This document shows, in pieces, positions 1 to 6,718 of a stretch of DNA of 23,608 nucleotides. The stretch's first letter is position 1. Each line of letters opens with the position of its first letter. Source of the stretch: Gemmatimonadota bacterium (GTDB lineage Bacteria > Latescibacterota > UBA2968 > UBA8231). The position numbers were made by a program, and so were the translations under genes. The notes under the pieces are model-generated. The model made no database searches, was not told the DNA's origin, and worked only from the letters and a program-made list of their open reading frames with translations. The DNA lies in contig JAYPJE010000059.1 of assembly GCA_038128265.1 (NCBI GenBank), positions 1 to 23,608 on the forward strand, written 5' to 3'.

Positions 1-105
1 TCTTAGCCGGGGCCTTCTTAGCCGGGGCCTTCTTAGCCGGGGCCTTCTTAGCCGGGGCCTTCTTAGCTGGGGCCTTCTTAGCCGGGGCCTTCTTAGCCGG
101 GGCCT
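1..105. repeat. Tandem 15-bp repeat (tcttagccggggcct) x7, coding KKAPA units on the minus strand
   Basis: Units at 1-15, 16-30, 31-45, 46-60, 61-75 (one c>t), 76-90 and 91-105. Degenerate units continue to ~195. Confidence 0.95.
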
Positions 106-199
106 TCTTGGCAGCGGCCTTTTTCTTAGCCGGAGCTTTCTTGACAGCGGCTTTTTTCTTAGCCGGTGCCTTTTTAGCTGGTGCCTTTTTCTTAGCCAT
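1..199 (-). CDS. Histone H1-like Lys/Ala/Pro-rich basic protein (partial; 3' end beyond left edge)
   Basis: ATG at 199-197 with AGGAG at 212-208 (8 nt spacing). Reads MAKKKAPAKKAPAKKKAAVKKAPAKKKAAAKKAPAKKAPA... with no stop to the edge. Not in the ORF track; track ORF 108..305(+) is its antisense shadow. Confidence 0.88.
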   Translation of the reverse strand, partial: MAKKKAPAKKAPAKKKAAVKKAPAKKKAAAKKAPAKKAPAKKAPAKKAPAKKAPAKKAPAKKAPAK

Positions 200-327
200 T
201 GCCTCTACTCCTTGTGAAGTTCATGAGGTTGGGATGGGTGTAGAAATCGAGATGGGCAAGCACATTGTCGCCAGTACGTTGCTCTCAAACGGCACATATT
301 ACTAGATTTTATATGCGTTTCGCGCCA

Positions 328-357
328 AAGATAGCACGCCACAAAGCCGTTCGTCAA
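328..357 (-). promoter_or_regulatory. Putative sigma70-type promoter for the histone-like gene
   Basis: Minus strand TTGACG (357-352), 18-nt spacer, TATCTT (333-328), preceded by TGn (extended -10). Confidence 0.6.
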
Positions 358-437
358 GGATAAATACGCATTTTCATGGCCATTTTAGAGGCACTTACGA
401 CCTAAATTCAGCGGCATTTAGCGGATATCTTAGCCAT

Positions 438-466
438 TTGACACAATGCAATAAGTATTCTATTTT
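438..466 (+). promoter_or_regulatory. Putative sigma70-type promoter for the proC operon
   Basis: TTGACA (438-443), 17-nt spacer, TATTTT (461-466) in an AT-rich intergenic region. Confidence 0.7.
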
Positions 467-539
467 AATCTAACTTAGCTATGTTTTCACTGCGCTCTGC
501 AGCCATCTTTCCGTCCAAGCACTTCGGATACTGATTGCC

Positions 540-1349
540 ATGGAAGACTATCGCATTGGATTCATCGGCGCGGGCAATATGAGCCGCGCGCTGATCGAGG
601 GCCTGTTGGACTCCGGCAAAATCGCACGAGGGCAATTATCTGCCGTAGATCCGCTCCCTGCGGCTCTTCAGGCACTGGGCGAAATCGGTATCCGCACCGG
701 AACCGAGCTGACCGATGCAGTGCGCGACAGCCACTTTGTCTTTCTCGGCATAAAGCCACAGGTTGCCCAGAGTGTCTTACCCCAATTGGCCAGCGCGCTC
801 TCTGCTGGACAGGTGGTCGTCTCGATGATGGCTGGCGTTCCGACAGGGACTATCGAAGAGCAGATAGGTGGCGAAGTGCCCGTGATCCGGGTCATGCCGC
901 AAACGCTAGTGCGCCTGCGCTTGGGTGCCTGCGCCCTGTGCGCAGGGCGTTTTGCCGACGCACAGCAGGTGCAGCGCGTCGCCCAGCTATTGGAGCTAGT
1001 CGGCAGCGCCATCGAAGTGAACGAGGCACAGATGGACGCCGTAACGGGCCTGTCCGGCAGCGGTCCAGCCTATGTCTACGCGATCATAGATGCGCTGGCT
1101 GACGGCGGCGTGGGGGCCGGCTTGCCGCGCGCAACCGCTCTTCAGCTTGCGGCGCAAACCGTCGCGGGAGCCGCACAAATGGTGCTGCGCGGCGAACTCC
1201 ATCCCTCACAGCTGAAAGAGCAGGTGACCTCGCCTGGAGGAACGACGATTGCCGGCCTGCACGCCATGGAGCAAGGCGGCGTGCGCGCCGCGCTGATGAA
1301 TGCCGTGCTGTCGGCCAGCCAGCGCTCGCGGGAGTTAGGCTCGTCGTGA
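540..1349 (+). CDS. proC: Pyrroline-5-carboxylate reductase
   Basis: IGFIGAGNM Rossmann motif, GIKPQ, TGLSGSGPAY, VTSPGGTTIAG signature. The MPNT motif reads MPQT. Confidence 0.93.
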   Translation: MEDYRIGFIGAGNMSRALIEGLLDSGKIARGQLSAVDPLPAALQALGEIGIRTGTELTDAVRDSHFVFLGIKPQVAQSVLPQLASALSAGQVVVSMMAGVPTGTIEEQIGGEVPVIRVMPQTLVRLRLGACALCAGRFADAQQVQRVAQLLELVGSAIEVNEAQMDAVTGLSGSGPAYVYAIIDALADGGVGAGLPRATALQLAAQTVAGAAQMVLRGELHPSQLKEQVTSPGGTTIAGLHAMEQGGVRAALMNAVLSASQRSRELGSS

Positions 1350-1948
1350 TCGCAATCATCGACTATGGCATGGGCAACCTGCGCAGCGTGGAAAAAGCCT
1401 TCCAGTTTCTCGGCTTTGCAGCGCACATCGTTGAACAACCAGAGCAAGCCGCAGACGCAAGCCACCTGGTGCTGCCGGGCGATGCTGCTTTTGGCGATGC
1501 CATGCGCAACTTGCACAGCGGCGGCTGGGTCGAGTGCATTGGGCGCGGCATTGAGGCGGGTAAGCCGTTTCTCGGCATCTGCGTTGGCCTACAGCTCATG
1601 TTCGCCACCAGCGAAGAAATGGGATTGCACGAGGGACTGGCCTTGCTACCAGGTAAGTGCACGCGCTTCCCCGCCGGCGAGCGCGTGCCGCAAATAGGCT
1701 GGAACCAGATTGATATTCGCCGCGAAACGCCTCTGTTAGCAGGCGTCCCTACCGGCAGCTTTTTCTACTTCGTGCACTCGTACTTCGCCACGTCTGAAGT
1801 CGAAAGCGACTGCATCGCCACCACAAATTACGGCTTGGACTACGTGTCTATTGCCGGCCGCGATGGCGTCTACGGCGTTCAGTTCCATCCGGAAAAAAGC
1901 CAGGATCTCGGTCTACGAATCCTGAAAAACTTCGCCCAGATGAGTTAG
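1346..1948 (+). CDS. hisH: Imidazole glycerol phosphate synthase glutaminase subunit
   Basis: IIDYGMGNLRSV, GICVGLQ (Cys nucleophile), VPQIGWN, FYFVHSY, QFHPEKS (His-Glu). GTGA overlap with proC. Confidence 0.95.
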   Translation: MIAIIDYGMGNLRSVEKAFQFLGFAAHIVEQPEQAADASHLVLPGDAAFGDAMRNLHSGGWVECIGRGIEAGKPFLGICVGLQLMFATSEEMGLHEGLALLPGKCTRFPAGERVPQIGWNQIDIRRETPLLAGVPTGSFFYFVHSYFATSEVESDCIATTNYGLDYVSIAGRDGVYGVQFHPEKSQDLGLRILKNFAQMS

Positions 1949-1950
1949 CC

Positions 1951-2724
1951 ATGCTCGCCAAGCGCATCATTCCCTGCCTCGACGTAAAAAACGGCCGCAA
2001 CGTGCGCGGCGTGCGCTTTTCAGCCGATCGCGACGCTGGCGACCCCGTTGAGCTAGCGGCGCGCTACGATCGCGAGGGTGCCGACGAATTGGTGTTCTAC
2101 GACATAACGGCGTCGGCTGACGGACGCGCCATCGTCATGGATCTGGTGCGCCAGGTATCCGAGCAGGTGTTTATCCCGCTTACAGTGGGTGGCGGCATTC
2201 GCACCTTCGAAGACGTGCGCACCATCCTCAAAGGAGGCGCCGACAAGGTATCGATTAACTCGGCCCACGTGCATACGCCCGACATCATAAACCAGAGCGC
2301 TGAGAGCTTTGGCTCGCAGTGTATCGTTGGCGCCATTGATGCCCTGCGCCGCCCCGCTGTAGAAGGCGAGAAGACGGCCTGGGAGATCTACATAAACGGC
2401 GGACGCACGGCGACGGGTATCGATGCGCTGGAATGGGTGGAGGAACTAGTGGGAAGAGGAGCGGGCGAATTGGTGCTCAACAGCATTGATGCCGACGGCA
2501 CGCGCGCCGGCTACGACCTCGAACTAAACCAAGAGGTCGCGCGGCGGGTGCACGTGCCCATCGTCGCATCGGGTGGAGCGGGCAATATGGAGCACATATA
2601 CGAAGTCCTGACGGAAGGCGAAGCGAGCGCAGCGCTGGCCGCATCGATCTTCCACTTTGAGCAGCACTCCATCCCAGAAGTGAAAGACTACCTTGCCCAG
2701 AAGGGGGTCGTAGTGCGGCTGTGA
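1951..2724 (+). CDS. hisF: Imidazole glycerol phosphate synthase cyclase subunit
   Basis: MLAKRIIPCLDV, GDPVELA, GADELVFYDITAS, PLTVGGGIR, GADKVSINS, ASGGAG, ALAASIFH. Confidence 0.96.
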   Translation: MLAKRIIPCLDVKNGRNVRGVRFSADRDAGDPVELAARYDREGADELVFYDITASADGRAIVMDLVRQVSEQVFIPLTVGGGIRTFEDVRTILKGGADKVSINSAHVHTPDIINQSAESFGSQCIVGAIDALRRPAVEGEKTAWEIYINGGRTATGIDALEWVEELVGRGAGELVLNSIDADGTRAGYDLELNQEVARRVHVPIVASGGAGNMEHIYEVLTEGEASAALAASIFHFEQHSIPEVKDYLAQKGVVVRL

Positions 2725-3860
2725 ACGCAGATCGAATAGCGCGCACACAAATGCGCAGCGTGCGGCGCATGGTTGTCAAAGTCGGCAGCAGCGTGTTGAC
2801 GACCGCCCAGCACAAACCCAACCGCGTCGCGATCCGCCAGCTCGTCAAAGACGTTATTGCACTGCGCGAGCGCGGCATCGAAGTCGCCATCGTCACATCC
2901 GGTGCCGTTGCAGCCGGCATGGGCCGCATGGGATTGGCGCAGCGCCCAGACGGCATCGCCGAGCTGCAGGCGCTGGCCTCTATTGGCCAAAACCTGATGA
3001 TGAACTCATACAAGACGCTCTTCCGCCGCAGCGACGTGCCGGTCGGACAGGTTCTGTTGACGGCAGAAGACATTTTGGGGGATCGCCGTCGCTATGTAAA
3101 CTTGGAAAACACCTTCCGCAGCCTGTTCGACTACGGCGCCGTACCGATCATCAATGAGAACGACAGCGTCGCCGTTGCTGAGTTAAAACGTCGACTGGGC
3201 GAAAACGACATGCTTGCAGCCTACGTCAGCAATCTAATTCGCGCCGACCTGCTGGTGATCATGTCCGATGTCGAAGGACTCTATACCGCCTTTGGACCCA
3301 ACGGACCCGAAGGCGAGCTGCTGGGCGAAGTGCGCAACAACGACGTGCGGCTGGAGGCAATGGCCGGACGCGGGCACAGCGGCGTTGGCAGCGGCGGCAT
3401 GCTCACCAAGCTGCGCGCCGCCCGCCTGCTAATGACCTGTGGCGAGATGACCATCATTGCGCACGGGCGCAAGCACCGCCTGCTCGACATCATGGACGGT
3501 CAGCCACTTGGCACGCTGTTTTGGCCGAGCGGCAAACGCATGGGCAGTCGCAAGCGCTGGATTGCCTTTGCCAGCCAGCACCGCGGCTGCGTGGTCGTCG
3601 ACGGCGGCGCCCAGCGCGCACTAGCCGAACACGATCGCAGCCTGCTGCCGGCCGGCGTAGTTAGCTGCGACGGCGAATTCGCCGCAGGGGATGTCGTTCG
3701 TATCGACAACGAGCGAGGCGACGAGTTGGGCCGCGGCGTGTGTCGCTATACCGCCGCCGATTTGCAGCGCGTATTCGGCAAGAGTTCACCCGCCGTAGAG
3801 CGCGAACTGGGCCGTCCTGCCCTAGAGGTCATCCACCGCGACGACCTCGTCTTATTTTAG
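2721..3860 (+). CDS. proB: Glutamate 5-kinase with C-terminal PUA domain
   Basis: VVKVGSS, IVTSGAVAAG, PIINENDSV, SDVEGLY, GSGGMLTK, RKRWI, SLLPAGV, EVIHRDDLV. GTGA overlap with hisF. Confidence 0.94.
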   Translation: MNADRIARTQMRSVRRMVVKVGSSVLTTAQHKPNRVAIRQLVKDVIALRERGIEVAIVTSGAVAAGMGRMGLAQRPDGIAELQALASIGQNLMMNSYKTLFRRSDVPVGQVLLTAEDILGDRRRYVNLENTFRSLFDYGAVPIINENDSVAVAELKRRLGENDMLAAYVSNLIRADLLVIMSDVEGLYTAFGPNGPEGELLGEVRNNDVRLEAMAGRGHSGVGSGGMLTKLRAARLLMTCGEMTIIAHGRKHRLLDIMDGQPLGTLFWPSGKRMGSRKRWIAFASQHRGCVVVDGGAQRALAEHDRSLLPAGVVSCDGEFAAGDVVRIDNERGDELGRGVCRYTAADLQRVFGKSSPAVERELGRPALEVIHRDDLVLF

Positions 3861-3884
3861 CGCGCTGTGCACCTGAGGCGATCT

Positions 3885-4217
3885 ATGAGCCCTAAACTAA
3901 CTCAGAAAAAGCGCCTGGCACCGGCTGTTGTTGGCTCATCGCGCTGGCGACTGGTTGGCTCTCTAATCGTCGTGGTCCTGGCTGCATACATCGCCCTAGG
4001 TGAGTCCGCGTTCTGGACGATGGGCGCAAAACGCGACCAACTGTCCGAGCTCCAGGCACAGGTCGCGCTGCTGCAGGCCGAGCGCGACAGCTTGAAGAAC
4101 GTGCTCTGGCGACTAGAAAACGATATGAGCTATGTGGAAAAAGTCGCCCGCGAAGAGTACGGCATGAGTAAGAAGGGCGAGCGCGTTTACGCCTTGCCCG
4201 CAGGTGAGGGCGACTGA
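3885..4217 (+). CDS. ftsB: Septum formation initiator family protein (FtsB/DivIC-like)
   Basis: One TM segment (LVGSLIVVVLAAYIALG), a coiled coil, then YVEKVAREEYGMSKKGE. ATG 3885 with GAGG upstream preferred over the track start 3867. Confidence 0.8.
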   Translation: MSPKLTQKKRLAPAVVGSSRWRLVGSLIVVVLAAYIALGESAFWTMGAKRDQLSELQAQVALLQAERDSLKNVLWRLENDMSYVEKVAREEYGMSKKGERVYALPAGEGD

Positions 4218-4218
4218 G

Positions 4219-5004
4219 GTGCGCCGCTCCATCATCAAGACGAATGCCATTGTGCTGCGCAGCCGGCGCATGGGGGAAACCAGCCGCCTGACAACGCTCT
4301 TTACGGAGGATTTCGGCAAGCTAAAGGCTACGGCCAAGGGAGCGCGCCGCATCAAGAGTAAGTTTAGCTCTGCACTCGATCTGATGGCGGAAGTGCAAAT
4401 CGTCTGCTACGTGCGCGACACACGCGACCTGCAGACACTCAGCGAATGCCTGCTGCTGCGTTCGCCTCCGGCATTCGGCGCAGACCTAGAGCGCTTCTCT
4501 CTGGCCAATGCAGCGCTTGAGCTAATCGACGGACTGACGATTGAGGGAGAACCCAACGCGCGCCTCTACCAGTGCTTGCGCGGCGTGCTGCTCGGCCTTG
4601 AAGAAGTGGCAATCGAACAAGTCGAGTCGCTTTTTTGGTACTACCAGCTGCGCGTTTTAGACGCCCTCGGCTACACGCCCGAACTGCGCCAGTGCGTGGG
4701 GTGTCGCCGCGAACTGGCCGGCTCCTGGCTGTGGTTTAGCGCAGCACAAGGCGGCGGCATGTGCGCGACCTGCGGCACTGGCAACGGCACGCGGCTGCCG
4801 GGCGAGAGCCTGCTGTTTCTGACCCAGCTGCAGGCGCTGCGAACCTACAGCAAAGAGACTATGCCGGCGGCCCCGACTCAGCGCGGCGAAATTCGCGCAG
4901 CGCTGGGCGCGTTTTTCGATTACCACGGCAGTGGCCGAGGGCACCTGCGCTCCCTTCACTTTCTGGAATCGCTGCGCCGGCAGCAGTCGGCGTTGGGATC
5001 TTAA
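4219..5004 (+). CDS. recO: DNA repair protein RecO
   Basis: AIVLRSRRMGETSR..LFTEDFGKL..AKGARR N-terminus, LGYTPEL and CxxC..CxxC zinc finger. GTG 4219 with GAGGG preferred over 4204. Confidence 0.92.
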   Translation: MRRSIIKTNAIVLRSRRMGETSRLTTLFTEDFGKLKATAKGARRIKSKFSSALDLMAEVQIVCYVRDTRDLQTLSECLLLRSPPAFGADLERFSLANAALELIDGLTIEGEPNARLYQCLRGVLLGLEEVAIEQVESLFWYYQLRVLDALGYTPELRQCVGCRRELAGSWLWFSAAQGGGMCATCGTGNGTRLPGESLLFLTQLQALRTYSKETMPAAPTQRGEIRAALGAFFDYHGSGRGHLRSLHFLESLRRQQSALGS

Positions 5005-5085
5005 TACGGCGAAACAACCCAATATACCGAGGCCACCGAACAGCGCCGCTGGGCGCAACCGGCCTCTCGAAGGAGATATACTGGT

Positions 5086-6456
5086 ATGGCTGATGTAATG
5101 GAGAAGCTGGTATCCCTGTGCAAGCGCAAGGGATTCGTCTTTCAGAGCTCCGAAATATACGGCGGACTCAACGGCTGCTGGGATTACGGGCCGCTCGGCG
5201 TCGAGCTATTGAGAAACGTCAAAGATGCCTGGTGGCGCGCTATGACCTACCGCGAAGACGTCGAAGGACTCGACGCGAGCATTCTGATGCACGCCAAAGT
5301 ATGGGAGGCTTCTGGTCACGTCGCGGGATTCAGCGATCCAATGGTCGAGGACAAAAAGACCAACGAGCGCTATCGCCTCGACCAACTTCTCGAAGAAAAC
5401 GGCGTTGATGTGACCGGCCTCGGCATGGAAGCCATGATGGCTAAAGCCGCCGAAGTCGAGCTCAAGAGCCCCAAAGGCAACGAACTGAGTGAGGCGCGAC
5501 AGTTCAATCTGATGTTCAAGACCTTTGTTGGACCGCTCGAGGACGAAAGCGCGCGCATTTACCTGCGCCCGGAAACGGCTCAGGGCATCTTTGTCAACTA
5601 CCTCAACGTGCAGTCTGCCATGCGCCAGAAGCTGCCCTTTGGCATCGCGCAAATCGGCAAGGCTTTTCGCAACGAAATCACCACCAAGAACTTCCTCTTC
5701 CGCACGCGCGAATTCGAGCAGATGGAAATGCAGTACTTCGTGGCACCGGGCACGCAGGACAAGCACTTTGAATACTGGCGGGAAGAGCGCTGGAACTGGT
5801 TCCGCCATATCGGGCTACCGGAGAAAAAGCTCAGCTGGCACGAACACCAAGGAGACGAGCTCGCCCACTACGCTAGCGCGGCCTTCGATATTCAGTATGA
5901 GTTTCCCTTTGGTCCGGGCGAAATCGAGGGTATTCACAACCGCTCCAACTTCGATCTATCGCAGCACGAGCAGTACTCTGGCAAGAAGCTGCAGTACTTC
6001 GACGAAGAAAGCCGCGAAAAATTCGTCCCCTGCGTCATCGAGACTTCAATCGGCGCCAGTCGCACGACCATGGCCTGCTTGGTCAACGCCTACCACGAAG
6101 AAGAGGTCAAGGGCGAGACGCGCGTCGTCATGCGCTTTCACCCGCGCATGGCGCCGATAAAAGCAGCTGTCCTGCCGTTGGTTAAGCGCGACGGCATGCC
6201 CGAGATTGCACGCAAGATCACCTCGGACCTGCGCGCGCACTTCCACGTGGTGTACGACGAGGGCGGCGCCGTCGGGCGGCGCTATCGGCGCATGGACGAA
6301 GTCGGAACGCCATACTGCATTACCGTCGACTCGGAAACGCTCGAGAACGAAACCGTCACCGTGCGCGAGCGCGACTCGATGGAGCAGCAGCGCGTGCCTA
6401 TGGCCGATCTACGCGCCCACCTGGATAAGAGCATGGATGCCTGGGAAGCGGTCTGA
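5086..6456 (+). CDS. glyQS: Glycine--tRNA ligase, homodimeric alpha2 (eukaryote/archaea-like) type
   Basis: SSEIYGG, DYGPLG, VWEASGH, LRPETAQGIF, GIAQIGKAFRNEI, FRTREFEQME and a C-terminal anticodon-binding domain (GRRYRRMDEVGTP). Strong AAGGAG RBS. Confidence 0.96.
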   Translation: MADVMEKLVSLCKRKGFVFQSSEIYGGLNGCWDYGPLGVELLRNVKDAWWRAMTYREDVEGLDASILMHAKVWEASGHVAGFSDPMVEDKKTNERYRLDQLLEENGVDVTGLGMEAMMAKAAEVELKSPKGNELSEARQFNLMFKTFVGPLEDESARIYLRPETAQGIFVNYLNVQSAMRQKLPFGIAQIGKAFRNEITTKNFLFRTREFEQMEMQYFVAPGTQDKHFEYWREERWNWFRHIGLPEKKLSWHEHQGDELAHYASAAFDIQYEFPFGPGEIEGIHNRSNFDLSQHEQYSGKKLQYFDEESREKFVPCVIETSIGASRTTMACLVNAYHEEEVKGETRVVMRFHPRMAPIKAAVLPLVKRDGMPEIARKITSDLRAHFHVVYDEGGAVGRRYRRMDEVGTPYCITVDSETLENETVTVRERDSMEQQRVPMADLRAHLDKSMDAWEAV

Positions 6457-6461
6457 CAACC

Positions 6462-6489
6462 TTGCTTATAGAGCGAAATACTATATTAT
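6462..6489 (+). promoter_or_regulatory. Possible promoter for tRNA-Leu/tig
   Basis: TTGCTT (6462-6467), 16-nt spacer, TATTAT (6484-6489) in an AT-rich patch. Confidence 0.45.
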
Positions 6490-6510
6490 TATGATTGCCC
6501 AGAAATGGGC

Positions 6511-6538
6511 GTAAAGCCCCGTTAGCGCGGGGCTTTAC
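6511..6538 (+). terminator. Terminator-like hairpin between glyQS and tRNA-Leu
   Basis: GTAAAGCCCCG-ttagcg-CGGGGCTTTAC, a perfect 11-bp stem with only a short U run. Confidence 0.5.
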
Positions 6539-6543
6539 AACGT

Positions 6544-6630
6544 GCGAAAGTGGCGAAATTGGTATACGCGCTAGATTTAGGATCTAGTGCCCGAAAGGGC
6601 GTGGGGGTTCGAGTCCCCCCTTTCGCACCA
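6544..6630 (+). tRNA. tRNA-Leu (anticodon UAG)
   Basis: Acceptor stem GCGAAAG/CTTTCGC, discriminator A and encoded CCA. Anticodon arm CTAGA-TTTAGGA-TCTAG (TAG at 6578-6580), long variable arm GCCC-GAAA-GGGC, T arm with GTTCGAG. Confidence 0.97.
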
Positions 6631-6652
6631 TGATTACGCACCGACTTAACGA

Positions 6653-6690
6653 CGCGCCGCCCGCTGCAACTGGGCGGCGTGCGCTTTCTG
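6653..6690 (+). terminator. Hairpin downstream of tRNA-Leu (terminator or processing structure)
   Basis: CGCGCCGCCCG (6653-6663) pairs with TGGGCGGCGTG (6671-6681) with two G-U pairs, followed by CGCTTTCTG. Confidence 0.5.
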
Positions 6691-6718
6691 TCCCACTACT
6701 TTTGCAAGGCTGAAGCAC

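Noticed and set aside
1..195. Repeat array as CRISPR or iterons
   Set aside because: Units are directly tandem with no spacers, are multiples of 3 nt, and vary at synonymous positions, so this is a coding repeat.
108..305. Track ORF MAAAFFLAGAFL... (+)
   Set aside because: Antisense shadow of the KKAPA gene. The RBS and promoter point to the minus strand.
5069..5081. GAAGGAGATATAC identical to the T7 gene 10/pET RBS; lacO-like frame at 20712-20738
   Set aside because: Short matches 15 kb apart in native context, with no T7 promoter or vector backbone and a mismatched lacO core. Coincidence rather than contamination.
5005..5085. T-box riboswitch upstream of glyQS
   Set aside because: Only ~80 nt intergenic, with no UGGNACC T-box motif or terminator.
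6544..6718. Integrative element at tRNA-Leu
   Set aside because: No integrase and no duplicated tRNA 3' end seen. tig follows directly, a common arrangement.
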